The notes below the pieces were generated by a model, which saw only the letters and a program-made list of their open reading frames with translations, made no database searches and had not been told where the DNA came from. A DNA stretch of 64,000 nt from Octopus sinensis (lineage: Eukaryota), in NCBI RefSeq assembly GCF_006345805.1, contig NC_043013.1, positions 20,522,001 through 20,586,000 of the forward strand, read 5' to 3'. A program made the translations under genes and the position numbers. Shown here piece after piece: positions 1 to 13,028 of the stretch (position 1 is its first letter; the number at the start of each line of letters is the position of its first letter).

Positions 1-1170
1 AACAATGAGAAAGAACGTTGCGGTGCTAGTATTGGGGAAGAAATATTAGTGGGCTTAATTCATATAATTTTATCGAATACAAAACTCAGAGTACGTGAAA
101 ATGAAATTAAGAGTCATATCTTGACAGTTGTTTCCGAGCATCATGGCTTTCGCCGTAACCACGTTCATCCATAATAAATAAATACCTATGATGCTGTAGG
201 TGTGCACAATAACATGAATTCCAATGGATTTGTTAGACGAAGCCAGATCAACTCATCAAATGAACATAGCAAACGTGTGTTTCATAGCAGTTTTGAGAGA
301 TATGGAGTTTTATAGAGAATGGAGTTTGAGTAAGTAAGAAACGTTTTCGAGGAAAGAGAAGGATTAGCGGGACGATTTGGAGGATTAGAGGGAAAATAGT
401 GGAATGAAGATATCAGTTAATGAGAAACAGACAGAGGATGGATAATCGCTTCTGTAATAGCGAGTCAGTTACGTGATGATCTGGGAAGACTTTATTAATG
501 AACGTCAATAGCGAGATATGCCGTTTCAAATGGAAAACATATACAAGTCAATGGAGTAGCAGGGGAAGTATGGCGCATTAGTAAGAAAGGAGAAGGAGGG
601 TCGTGTGTTGGAGAATTATAATTAGTAACGAGGAGTAAAAATTAAAAAAGGTTTGAGATAAAAGAAAGATTTGCAGAACTTATGACGACTCGTTAAAATT
701 CCCTCAGAAGAGTGATTAAGTAGAAAGATTTCGCTCTTGTGCAATATAGTGAGTGACCTGCGGTAGAATAATTGGAAAATGCGCCTGTCTCCTGAGAACA
801 TTATGCAGAATATAATGCGAGCATTACCAAACCGTATTTTGATAAAGTGGATTCTTTGGAAGTGTTATGAGTCAGTGGATGTTGTCCGCTCGGCTTAACA
901 CAGCCTTAAGCAATTACCATCATGCGTAATGTTACAGTGGAGAAGGCAAGCCACTGGATACGGTGAGCAATGAGTGCAAGAATATTAAGAATATTGAGTT
1001 AAGGTTAATAGTCAGTTTATCTAGAAAATGAGCCTCATCCCAGTGAAGCGGGTGGTGCACAGTAATGATATAGAGTGGAATGGTGCATATGCTTTCCCGA
1101 TGAACTCATTCGTCTGCGAGTGTCCAATATGAGGAGCTTTCAACTGTTATCTGTAAGTTGTTTGCAAATA
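1..1170 (-). mobile_element. Highly decayed Penelope-like element fragment
   Basis: Minus-strand frameshifted reading near 1020-1075 gives 'MRLIF.IN.L...LN', resembling the GIY-YIG C-terminus of Penelope elements. A decayed GGCT-loop-AGCC hammerhead-like stem follows at ~886-912, then broken ORF-like sequence. No intact ORF. Confidence 0.35.
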
Positions 1171-1268
1171 ATACACAAACACACACTCACACACACATAC
1201 ACACACATACACTCACACACACACACTCACACACACACACTCACACACACACACACACATATATATAT

Positions 1269-1460
1269 AGTTGAAATTTACAGAAAAACGAAAGACGATG
1301 ACAGGTGTATAAAGAACAAGCAGATGTATTAGTTTGACGCTCGGGAAGGTGAGAAAGTTTTTAAAGTTTCGAGCCTACGCTCTTCAACAGAAAGGAACAC
1401 GAGGAAATAAACAAAACGAGAATGAATAAAACTTGTGGGTATCGTTGCTATGCAAAAGTG
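1269..1460 (-). mobile_element. Penelope-like terminal repeat with minimal hammerhead motif (family H2)
   Basis: Same repeat recurs at ~7190-7390, 18005-18130 and 28684-28890. Minus strand reads CTTT-CTGTTGA-A-GAGC-GTAG-GCTC-GAAAC at 1366-1395; the cleavage triplet is mutated in this copy. It ends at a TA/CA microsatellite. Confidence 0.6.
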
Positions 1461-1759
1461 TCCTAAGTCCAAAACATAAATTTTCCAGAAAACGAAAAAA
1501 TAGTCACCATTCCATAGCAAAACCGTTGTACTACATTTTGACAAATTTTGATACCTTGGAATCTGCAATTGGCCAAATTTGGACATACGACAGTTCAACA
1601 TAATAGCAACGGTATATATATATATATAGTTAATAAAAAAACGAAGAAAAACACAAGAAAAAACAACATGCGGACATCTTGCATGCAAAGTTTTAACAGA
1701 CGTTCAGGGAAGAAAAAAAAGATAGATTAACGTTTCGATAAAGGTCCCTCTCTCTATAT

Positions 1760-3388
1760 ATACACAGAAGTATGTACACGCCTAAAAAACATTCAGTAAA
1801 ATTGCCATTACTCTGATAATAACGAAGAAAGTCAAACGAAATTTATACTGAATAAAATATATTATACGTGCATATTTTATACAAATTTAGAACACAAAAC
1901 AATAAACATTTTGAAAGATATAAACGTAATACTTTCAAACGATACAAAAATACGTAAACCCTAACGGATTATTTCCTCTAGTCAATATCTGGTGTGATTG
2001 CCTTTGCTTTTAATGACTGCATTAAATATTCTGGGCGTAGAGGCGATTAAATTTCTGCATATAACCGACGAAATCGAGCCCCATTCATCCTGAATGCTGT
2101 CTTGCAACTGTGTTTCATTGCGGGGTTTTTTTCTCCTCACTCTTTCTTTCCAAAACACCCTATAGATGTTCCATTGGAATTAAATCAGGTGTCATGGTAG
2201 GCGAAGGTCTTTACCTTTTTATCTGATGAAAATTTTGTCGTTTTCTCTGAAGTATGTTTAGGGTCATTATCATGTTGGACCATAGAATGTCTTCCTTGGT
2301 CCTTGATGCTTTTCAACATTGTCTTCTGCAATATGTCACAATAAAACCTCGAATCCACTGTTCTCTCAATAAATGTGAGTCCTCCCACACCAGCTGCATT
2401 CTTGTATTCCCAAAGCATAACAGAATCCGACACCGTGTTTCACGGTAGGCACGGTGCATTTGTCGGTATTATCTTCACCTGGTCGTCGCCATACTCGTTT
2501 AATACCATCTGACTCAAACAAGTTGATTTTAGTCTCGCTAGAAAAAAGAATTTTATTTCAAAACTCCTTCCCTTTACTAATACTTAGGTATCAGCAAATG
2601 AAAGACGACTTGATTTATGCCTGGTATTGAGTGGAGACTTCCTCCGAGGAATGCGTCCATGAAGACCACATTGCTTCAAACTTCGGTGAACTGTTAGGGC
2701 AGATACGCTCTTTCTACTAACAGAAGACAGTACTTGGGCCAAAGATGAAGCGGTACGACGCCTGTCGCCCATCACGCATCGTTAGTTGTGGCAAATACCA
2801 CGCGCAGTTAAAATAGAAGGACGGACTGGACAATGTTTTATTCCTTAGTCGTCCAGTAGCTTTGTACTTGTGAATTACTTTTGCAACTGCGTTTACGCTA
2901 ATATGTATTCGTTTGCTAATTTACTTGTATTCTCTACCATTCTTGTGCAAATTAAAAATAATTTTCTTCAAATGTTCAGACAACTTTTTTCGTTTTGTGC
3001 CACAATGAAGATTTTTCACCACGGTACACAAATCAGAATTTCTGCAGATGCAATAACAATTACCGGTGCGAAAAAGGCCCGGAGAAATGATTTATTAGAA
3101 TTGAAATTATCAGCAATATCTGAATTCAGTAAAACAAAAAAAAGTGAATAAAATACTGAATATAGCAAAGTTCCTTTAGGGTGTATATAATTTTGTAATG
3201 TTTGAAAATTGATATTTCGTTCATATCTTTGAAAATGTTTATTGTTTTGTGTTCCAAATTTGTATAAGGTTTGTGTGTATGATATATTTTATTCAGGATC
3301 AATTTCGTTTGATTTCCTTCGATATTACCAGAGTAATGGAAATTTTATTGAAATTTTTTTAGGGATGTACATATTTCTGTGAGATAGT
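1760..3388 (-). mobile_element. Tc1-family DNA transposon with long IR/DR-type terminal inverted repeats
   Basis: ~210-bp imperfect inverted repeats at ~1760-1968 and ~3173-3388, each with outer (CAGAAATATGTACATCCCTA) and inner (CAAAATTATATACACCCTA) direct repeats. Flanked by TA runs; ~1.6 kb; contains a transposase relic. Confidence 0.9.
1982..3006 (-). pseudogene. Tc1-like DDE transposase, disrupted
   Basis: ORF fragments 'LTVHRSLKQCGLHGRIPRRKSPLNTRHKSSRLSFA' and 'SVMLW..AGVGGLTFIERTVDSRFYCDILQK..QHDNDPKHTS', C-terminal 'KAKGNHTRY*'; multiple stops and frameshifts. Confidence 0.9.
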
Positions 3389-3410
3389 ATATATATATAC
3401 ATACATACAT

Positions 3411-3486
<76 letters not shown>

Positions 3487-3530
3487 ACATACATACATAC
3501 ACACATATATATATATATATACATACATAC

Positions 3531-3603
<73 letters not shown>
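3389..3603. repeat. (TA)n/(TACA)n compound microsatellite
   Basis: Direct reading. Confidence 0.95.
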
Positions 3604-3605
<2 letters not shown>

Positions 3606-3812
3606 CAAAATAAAATGAAAAAACTACTACTGGAGATGTGTATTATATGGTTATAAAATATATTAAAATCGTCCAAAATTTTATATCATTTTCCTAACAT
3701 GACGATTTTAATATATTTTTTAACCATATAATACAAATCTTCTGTAGTTTTTATCATTCTATTTTGTTTTTATACATCCAATCACGTGTTTTCACATACC
3801 GACTCTCTCACC

Positions 3813-3817
<5 letters not shown>
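3604..3817 (+). repeat. ~70-bp-arm inverted repeat plus terminal TCTCTCACCCCTTA motif, embedded in (TA)n
   Basis: 3604-3673 is the imperfect reverse complement of 3701-3768; the 3' end resembles TCTCTCACCCTTA at the end of the 14.6-18.0 kb array. Confidence 0.75.
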
Positions 3818-3885
<68 letters not shown>

Positions 3886-4341
3886 GCTACGGATGGCAGC
3901 GATGGTATACGGACTCAAACTGTGACGATAGTTAGCTGGAAAAATGTTTTCGTGGGGTTAAAACAACAGGAACATCGTTCTTTAAAAGACTGCCTCATTG
4001 TGTTGGCATATAAACATTACTCTTTGGTACTGTTACTGTATATCTGCAATCACAGATTTAAAATAAGTAGCTTTTTCTCTATACGAGATCAGCGACTCAG
4101 CGTCGATTAAAAATATATATAGCATTTCAAATGGAGAAAGCTTTTGTCGCTAGCCGTGTGATTGTCTCACACTGAGGACAGGCAGCTACCTTGAAACTCG
4201 GGAATGTGAGTATCACGTAAGGCTGGGGATGTGAGCGATGACCTCCATTGCGAATATTATACGGACACATAATGTGTGTCGATAGCCAGCCAGAAACGCT
4301 GCTTTCCTGGGACTATAACAACAGTGACATTATATATATAT

Positions 4342-4386
<45 letters not shown>

Positions 4387-4395
4387 AATATATAT

Positions 4396-4786
4396 AGGCG
4401 CAGGAGTGGCTGTGTGGTAAGTAGCTTGCTTACCAACCACATGGTTCCGGCATCTTGGTCAAGTGTCTTCTACTATAGCCTTGGGCCGATCAAAGCCTTG
4501 TGAGTGGATTTGGTAGACGGAAACTGAAAGAAGCCCGTCGTATATATGTATATATATATGTGTGTGTGTGTGCATGTTTGTGTGTCTGTGTTTGTCCTCC
4601 TAGCATTGCTTGACAACCGATGGTGGTGTGTTTGCGTCGCCGTCACTTAGCGGTTCGGCAAAAGAGACCGATCGAATAAGTACTGGGCTTACAAAGAATA
4701 AGTCCCGGGGTCGATTTGCTCGACTAAAGGCGGTGCTCTAGCATGGCCGCAGTCAAAGGACTGAAACAAGTAAAAGTGTAAAAGAA
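4396..4786 (+). mobile_element. tRNA-derived SINE, family A (GGCGCAGGAGTGGCTGTGTGGTAAG head, internal TA/TG microsatellite, GTAAAAGA tail)
   Basis: Matches about 10 other copies in the window; this copy lacks part of the B-box region. Confidence 0.9.
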
Positions 4787-4819
4787 TATATATATTTCTC
4801 AGAGTAATTCGGCTTGATA

Positions 4820-4965
4820 CAGAAGGTGAAAAGGATGGCCCTTCGAATTCTGGGTTCAACTTATTTTTGAGTCGACTGGAGCAACCCGTAATAAAGTGTC
4901 TCACTGAAGGACGCAATGCGCCACCAGGAATCGAATCCGGGACTTTACGACCGTGAGCCAACATT
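4820..4965 (-). mobile_element. SINE remnant, family D-like head
   Basis: Minus strand GGCTCACGGTCGTAAAGTCCCGGATTCGATTCCTGG...TTGCGTCCTTCAGTGAGACACTTT resembles the head of 13029-13348. Confidence 0.6.
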
Positions 4966-5086
4966 TAAGAAAGGTACTAACATTATCAACATTTAAGAAA
5001 TGTAAAGTGAATGCGAGTACATTCTGTCATAATAATAGCTATAATGAAGATACACGTTGTATAGGCTAAAATAATCGAGAAGTACA

Positions 5087-5491
5087 TCTTTATATATAAA
5101 AGTGAGGTTGTGTGCTATCTGTCTCCTACGATTTAGATTCCTAACTACTTCCACATTTTGCGGTGCAGTTTAACCAAAACCGGGTATCTTATAGTCGTGA
5201 TTCATATCGAGCCCTTCTGGGTATTAGCGCGCGTCTACGATGAGTCTACGATTTAAAAAAAAATTTGCCACCAATTTTTCCCATTGTTAATGCATTTTTG
5301 GCATATATAAGGGAAGTAACTCTCTAAATATTAAAAATTAAATATTAAATCTCAGAATGTAAAAAGCTACAGTAACACCCCACCCCTTTGTGACTAGCCA
5401 TATTGTGATGGCTATTATACTTTACATCTCTAAAAATGCTTATATAGTTATTTCCCTTACAAACCCGAGCAACGCCGGGCGATACTGCTAG
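5087..5491 (+). mobile_element. Non-autonomous Helitron
   Basis: Starts A|TCTTTATATATAAA and ends CTAG|T (5488-5491), with GC hairpin CCCG-AGCAACGC-CGGG at 5464-5479; inserted in AT with no target-site duplication. Confidence 0.88.
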
Positions 5492-5874
5492 TTCCTTATA
5501 AAAAAGAAAGCAAAAAACTATGAAGTCCAACGTTTCTATTAGCCAATTGTGCCACAGTTTTACTGAGAATAGAGCAAGTCAATTAAAACGATCCAGGTTC
5601 AGTAGACTGGTTATATTACTGCTATAATAATTTGAAATTATAGGGAACATTAAGAAAATGTTAAAAGAATTTACAACAATTATAAAGAACTAGACATAAG
5701 TTTTGTAAACTACGAAATATTAAATATCCACACTACCACAGTTGAAACGTATCTGTTATAACTCTTTATCTCGATTTGAATGTACGTGAGGTATTTAGAA
5801 TGCCTAAACTTATTTAGCAAATGCGCTAAGCACTGATGCTGATCATAGTTTAATCAGTAAGCGTAGGAGGGAGG

Positions 5875-6229
5875 TCAATGCAGTAAAAATAGGGGTGGTC
5901 AGCGGGGCTCCAGTTAAGCAGCCCTTCAGAAATCGAACCTTCTTACTATACTCCTTGGGAGTTCATGGTATGAAATGTCCTGTCATTGCTCCGATTTGGT
6001 CGTCAGTGCCATGTATTTAGATCAAAATGCAGTAAAAACAGGGCGGTGTCAGTGGGGCCCCATTTAGGCTGCCCTTAAAAAAGTAGACCCCTTAAGACAT
6101 TCCCTAAAATTAGGTGAGTTGCTGGTTTGAGTTTCGTTGTCCTTGCGCCAACGATCTCGGAGGAGCTGACGAACATAAAAACGTAACGGACAGAGAAACA
6201 CCACTCAAATTTACAATAGGATTATAGAT
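5875..6229 (-). mobile_element. Possible decayed Helitron-type repeat with internal ~50-bp direct repeat
   Basis: AATGCAGTAAAAA(T/C)AGGG..GTCAG.GGGGC..GC.GCCCTT occurs twice (~5877, ~6027); minus strand begins A|TCTATAATCCTAT at ~6229; no CTAG end found. Confidence 0.35.
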
Positions 6230-6477
6230 GCCCTAACAAGCGAGAATGAAGCAAATATTACGAAGATATCATCTTAGACGCAAACTGAATAAAGTTATGA
6301 AATTATATTATATGAAATATGAATTATACAATTACAATAATCGGTATCAGCCGCAAGAACTAAGTGTAGGTAAAAGTAGCTTAGATATGATCAGTTATAC
6401 GCATTAATAGTATTAAGATACGCTATGTTTCCTAAATATAACCTATGAATCTAATTGCTAGTAACTGTAGAGTTATA

Positions 6478-6696
6478 TATTTCTTTACTACCCACAGAGG
6501 GGACAAACAAGAGCAGACAAACGGATTAAGTGGATTACATCGACCCCAGTGCGTATCTGGTACTTAATTTATCGACACCGAAAGGATGAAAGGCAAAGTC
6601 GACCTCGGCGGAATTTGAACTCAGAACGTAACGGCAGATAAAATACGGCTACGCATTTCGCCCGGCGTGCTAACGTTTCTGCCAGCTTGCCGCCTT
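6478..6696 (-). mobile_element. SINE family B (AAGGCGGCGAGCTGGCAGAAACG head; CCTTTCATCCTTTCGGGGTCGATAAA central domain)
   Basis: Full-length copy with 16-bp target-site duplication TAACTGTAGAGTTATA at 6462-6477 and 6699-6714. Confidence 0.92.
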
Positions 6697-7121
6697 GATA
6701 ACTGTAGAGTTATAGATACGTATCTAGCATTCGAGGAAGATTTTAGAAAATCGGTTTGAAATATAAGGACGTTTCACGCCAGAATACAGAATCTAAATGA
6801 AACAACTGTAAGTGGTAGTAGATAACCAATCCGTCTGTTTTTATGTTTTACGATGCGCTTAAGGTTCCATCCATGCTCGGATACTTTTGAATACTACTGG
6901 AGTTGCAGCTTACCAAACTACAGTGGACATTCCTTCATCGATGCATTCCGTAATATGATAAGGGATTACATAAATGCCGGATTTGCGTCGTTCTCTCTAA
7001 CCAATAATTGTGGTGCATTTCACATTGATAGGCTTCGATCCTTTATGGATCCTTTAATTGCACACGCGTGTGCACATACACACACAAACACGCACTTACA
7101 CACAGAGGTACAATCTCATGA

Positions 7122-7152
<31 letters not shown>

Positions 7153-7270
7153 AACACGCACATATGTAGACATGTATATGGTTCAAATGTACAAAAGACA
7201 AAAGTCAGAGACAGGTTAGGGATCAACAAGGAAGGATTATTAGTTAGACTGTCGGGGAAAATGGAAAAGG

Positions 7271-7306
7271 CTTTGACGTTTCGAGCCTACGCACTTCGAC
7301 AGAAAC
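7271..7306 (-). ncRNA. Minimal type I hammerhead-like motif, family H2
   Basis: Minus: TTT-CTGTCGA-A-GTGC-GTAG-GCTC-GAAAC-GTC-AAA; GUC triplet; one mismatch in stem II. Confidence 0.5.
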
Positions 7307-7415
7307 GGTTGAGAGAGAAAAAAACAACAGAGAAAGTGAGGGAAAAAAGGATAGAGAAAAAAATCGCGTTGGGGTTTAACGATCCCATATATATATATAT
7401 ATATACATACAGAAA

Positions 7416-7469
<54 letters not shown>

Positions 7470-7959
7470 CAGTCAGACAGACTTACGGAAATAACGAGGG
7501 TCACCCTTTGTATGAAATATATGGAAGTTACAAGGAAGATAACGTTTTGGATTTACAGACCGTTCGCAGAAGGATTAATAAAATCATTAGCCGTCATGAT
7601 TAATCCTGGTCATGGAAATAAAGTCATGAAGCTGGCAATGTTATAAAGCAAGTTTTTAAGCCATCTTCGAAATACTTCACCGTCCTATTGGGTACAATGT
7701 TTTACAGTTTAGTGCAAGTACACACCTGGGAGTGTATTAGTATAACGTCTAACAGTTTAGTACAACTGGTGTTTCTTGCGGATTTCGTTGAACGTGATAA
7801 CTTATATACACATTTATGGATTTGTATTTTATGTCTGCTATATACATAAAACACACGCACATAAATACAAGCACATTTGTATATGCAGTTTGCAGATAAA
7901 TACACTTGCATATACAAGTATATATGCGTGTATGTGCGCGTGTACGTGTATACACACGC

Positions 7960-8112
7960 ACGCATACATACATACATGCATACATACATACATAATACAT
8001 ACATACATACGTACGTACGTACATACATACATACATACATACATACATACATACATACATACATACATACATACATACATACATACATACATACATACAT
8101 ACATACATACAC
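7960..8112. repeat. (CATA)n microsatellite
   Basis: Direct reading. Confidence 0.95.
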
Positions 8113-8339
8113 GTATTTATGAAACAAATGTATATGAATATATTTGATATTTCTACATGCATAAATTTCAAAGTTTACATTCTCAATAGTTTGCGCTACG
8201 CGTAAACTTACACGCATAGTGTCACACATACACAGAAATACGTATGGCTTGCGCGCACACACACACACACACAAGCGGGTGCGGGCGCGCACACACACGC
8301 ACATACATACATATACGTATATACGTATGTAGGTTTTTT

Positions 8340-8837
8340 TATGTATGTATGTATGTATTTATTTATGTATGTATGTATGTATTTATGTGTTTATGTATAT
8401 ATGTATTTATGTACGTATGTATGCCTGTATGTATGTATGTATGCCTGTATGTATGTATTTATGTATGTATATATGTATGTATGTATGTGTGTATGTATGT
8501 ATGTATGTATTTATGTATGTGTGTATGTATGTATTTGTGTATGTATGTATGTATGTTTGTATGTATGTATGTATGTATGTATGCATGTATTTATGTATTT
8601 ATGTATGTATGTATGCATGTAGGTATGCATCTATTTATGTATTTATGTATGTATGTATTTATGTTTGTATGTATGCCTGTATGTATGTATTTATGTATGT
8701 ATGTATGTATGTATGTATGTGTGTATGTATTTATGTATGTATTTATGTATGTATGTATGCATGTATTTATGTATGTATGTATGTATGTATGTATGTATGT
8801 ATGTGTGTATGTATGCCTGTATGTATATATGTATGTA

Positions 8838-8868
<31 letters not shown>

Positions 8869-8997
8869 ATTTATGTATGTATGCCTGTATGTATATATGT
8901 ATGTATGTATGTATGTATGACTGTATGTATGTATGTATGTATGTATGTATGTATGTATGTATGTATGTATGTATGTATGTATGTATGTATGTATGTA
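8340..8997. repeat. Long degenerate (TATG)n microsatellite
   Basis: ~650 bp with variant units (TATT, CCTG, TGTG). Confidence 0.95.
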
Positions 8998-9477
8998 TTC
9001 TGCAGGAAATAAAAGTAGCAGTTCACCGCTTCAAAGACCAGAATTCCAGATAACAGTTTTATTGCTCTATTATCAGCCATTTTAAACAGAGAGCAGCGAG
9101 TTGTCTCGTTGTTGCTCTGATAGCTTTTACAACGACCTCCTCCATGCTGATTCAGCTATCATTTTACCTCTGTCTCGCCTTCTTTTATATCCTAGTCAAT
9201 CACCTTGAGAAATATATTACCATTTATCTTAAGCTTCAGATTAAATATTGAAAATCGAACATCGGTGATCAAACAATGTCTGTTTTATATTAAAAATAAA
9301 GAATTGCCTTTTGGCTAATTAATTTTTTGATGACAAACTATCAAAGTTTCTCGATAATACAAAATGAGAGAAAGTGGGAAATATTTTTATCGTTTTTCAC
9401 CAATGATATTAAGAAACTTAATATAAGTACGTCTTTTATTTTTGGTTATTGTCTATATACATACATACATGTATACA

Positions 9478-9577
<100 letters not shown>

Positions 9578-9899
9578 ATATATGTACGTAGATATATACA
9601 CATATATATGCATATATTCATAAAGATATGTTTTGTGGCTGGTACGTGGCATCATAGTATCTATCACTTGAGATATGTGCGCATTGATCGTAACTTGTAA
9701 AAGAATGGATGAAGAAGAAATACCAGCGTGGTGGTATAATGGTGTTGTTAGTATGACTAAGGAAATCGAATTCTTGCGGGAGGCACCATCCTTTGTGTGG
9801 CTTCTCTGCGTTAGATAGCTTTAATTTATGTACGTGTAAGGCGGGTCCTGAAGACATTTGGTAATGAGGTAATATAGATGAGAATGAAGTTCAAAATAA

Positions 9900-11540
9900 A
9901 TATGTAAAGAAATATGGTAATCAGAAATTGAAACGCGACCAAGTTCTTAGTTTGACAACAGTTTCTGCGTGTCTAAAGATTAAGAAGAAGAGAATCACGC
10001 TCTCAGGTAGCTACCTAAACCGATCCTTGACGCTGTAGCTATTTTATTCCTGAATGCGATTACACGTTTTAAAATGAGAGTGAGTCCGCGCAATCTGATC
10101 TCAAGAACTATTATTTTAAGGAGAGGTTGTAATCACAAATTGAGGAGAGTCCATTGAAATGTCTAGGGAAGTAATATGATGCTTCTCTGAGCAACGTAAG
10201 TAATGTATTAAGGAAGAAGAAACAAGACGTCTGTTTAAGAAAGATAGGGATCGTGTTTATAAGTTCAAGGCCTGGCTTTTCCAGCATGAGTTGTCGCAGA
10301 GACTCATGTGTCTGCTAAGTAAGGACATAAATTTCTATGACATCAGTGATAAGATAGAAGTCTTACGTTCGTGAGAAAATACACCGAGGCGTCTTTGAAG
10401 TGACAGCTGTCACTTTTATTCGTGGCCGAACAGTTCAAAGAACGCATGTAAGGTTGCGATGGTGTAAAGAAAATCCAGCGATGGAAATAACAGAAATGCC
10501 AGTTTAACAAGATCAGCACTGAAAGAACAGTGGAACAGACACGAAACAGGCAAAGATTCAAGGAGAAAATGGAGAACTTTTGCGTGAGGAGACCGGGATT
10601 CAGAAACATCCAAATACGAAGAGAAACATGATCTAAGAAAACATAAGATATTTAGATGGAAAAAAAGAAACAAACGAACATCCAAGATCACATCTTTTGA
10701 ATCTCAAGAACTGCCCTGTTCAGTCTCGCAAAGACACTCTCCTAAATCTAACAATCCTGCACAGGTGGGAAACGTGGAAGAACCCATGCTGCAGAATGTG
10801 GAGAAAGAAGCCAAATATTGCACGTACTGGCAGGATATAGAGCTGTATATAAGGAAGGAAGACGTAGTGCCATGAGAATGTCCCGATAATATTTCTCTTG
10901 TTTCAGAATAACAGCTCTGGGTGACATTTTAGAGCAAGAGTCGCAGAAAAAAACATACCTGATCTACGGGAGCTCGACCACAGCGATTCAGTCTATCAAT
11001 GAGGGGAGGAAGCAAATCTCTCTCTAAAAGAACTTTCTGCAAACAACATAATCATGGGAAGGGATAATGGACCTGGAAAGAAACTCTCCTTTCCCCAGTT
11101 TGTCCAAACATCTCTGAAACTTGAAGCATGGTCAGAAAAGACACAAAAAAGGTAATTATAATTGAACTGATAGCCCCTAGGAAAATAGATGTGAGGAAAC
11201 TTTGGAAAGGTAAGTCAACAACCAGGATCTAGTCCAACAATCAGAGGATTAAAAGTTTGGCTGAAATGGTTACTTTCAGTTGAGGCTGGCCACAGATTTT
11301 TCTCGGTGCGTTCCTGATGTGAGATACCAACTGCTGTAGGAGTAGTAGGAAGAGAGGGGAATACAGCAACTCGCGGTTTAGGGGAGAAAGATTCTCTTAT
11401 TGGCATTGGAGCAAGCAAGAAAAACTGAACTGGAAGTTATAAGGCTGCAAATAATAGGCTATCAGTGGCGACCCAGCAGCTCAACTAATTTGGGGTTTGG
11501 GGTTGAAACGCCCAAGAATCCAGCAATATCTTCTGGCCGA
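9900..11540 (+). mobile_element. Decayed HERO/R2-group non-LTR retrotransposon 3' half (restriction-like endonuclease type)
   Basis: Frameshifted peptides in the expected order: 'FKAWLFQH..QRLM' (~10264), 'ILHRW', a knuckle relic 'ILHVLAG...EGR', 'FPQFVQTSL...WSE..KVIIIELIAP.ENRCEE' (endonuclease region) and 'WLLSVEAG....TAVGVVGRE..TATRGLGE'. Confidence 0.7.
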
Positions 11541-12280
11541 CATCTACAGTTTTTTCTATGTAACAATGCAATCTCAGGATCATGGAGGCTCTCCTTATCA
11601 ACAAATAAATAACAGAAAAGAACTACATGAAGCAGACTGGTTGCCATAGCAGTACCAGTCGGTACATGTCATCTTTCTCCCCAACAAATCTGAGTAACGA
11701 CCTTTTCCCATCCCACGCTTTACTACATGTCCTGAGGTAAGGGTCATAGCCCCAAAATATAGCAATATAATGTAAAACTCCAAGTTTGTTGTTTTCTTTT
11801 CTTTCACATTGCTTTCTTTTCGTCTTGCATTGTTCCAGCCTTACCCAACAAGTCTCTTTAATGTAATACCACACAATGCTTCACCAAAAGTACTCCATTT
11901 TAGTACAGACATACATATATACAGGTAGACAGAGATATACACATATTTACATATACATATATATATACATATATACATACATACATATATATATACATGA
12001 GAAAATTGCATAATGCACCCTTTATTCCTTTGGAATGAAAACATGCTGTCTTCGAAACATATGTCGAGAGTAAAGGAATTTTGTTAACATCTTCGTTCGA
12101 CTCCATTCTTTCATTTATTCATATACAACATACCAATTTCTGCACATGAACCCGGAGTCTCTACCCTTGAAATGTCGCTTCAACCGTGTTTCTGACGTGA
12201 ATTGCTACCCAGGTTTCGGTTAAACGAATTTTCCATGCTGACAATAAACATAGGATAATTCATTCACCTACTTATATATA

Positions 12281-12322
<42 letters not shown>

Positions 12323-12324
12323 TA

Positions 12325-12373
<49 letters not shown>

Positions 12374-13028
12374 TACACGAGAGAGAGAGGGAGATTGAGA
12401 GATTCAGAGAGTGATGTGAATTACGTCATGGAAAAGCTAAACACAGGAAGCTGTTAAATTCACTTCAAATTTATATTTATTCAGTGAGGTGTTGATATGT
12501 TCGGCACACAATTCCGAACCGGTCACTGACACAATTCTACCGCAACTGCTCGAGAATCGGTTAATAGCCAGTTTTTGAAGCCCTAACAATAAGAAGTGGT
12601 TATTAACTGATTTTAGCGTTGAATGTCTGTTCTTCTCAGTCAGTAATTTCTGTTATTCCTTAGAATTCTTTTAAAATGACAATCCCAAAATTAACGCATG
12701 CACACAACCACACACATTAAGATATATCTGTGTTTGTGTGTGTGTGTGTGCGTGTGTGTATGCATATATATATGTATATAAGATGTTACTGGAAGTCATA
12801 TACATGTATAAGACGAAATAATGAGAAACACAGAGGGAGAGAGAGAGAGAGAGAGATTTTGCTGAAAGCTGACTGAGCACTCACAAATTCTTTCGCCAAG
12901 TTTCTTATTTCAGTTCTTCCTACCAAAATTAACGATGATAGAACAAATAAAAGTTACATGTTGAATTAGAACGAGTATCAGGTGCTGAGTTTGATATAAT
13001 TAACATATCGGTAGATGAGAAGAATAGT

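Noticed and set aside
6853-7494. 213-aa plus ORF
   Set aside because: Runs through CA, TA and GA microsatellites and the antisense strand of an H2 repeat; no recognisable domain.
8244-9053. 269-aa ORF and the many other MYVC/YIYI/HTHT ORFs
   Set aside because: Translations of stop-free microsatellites.
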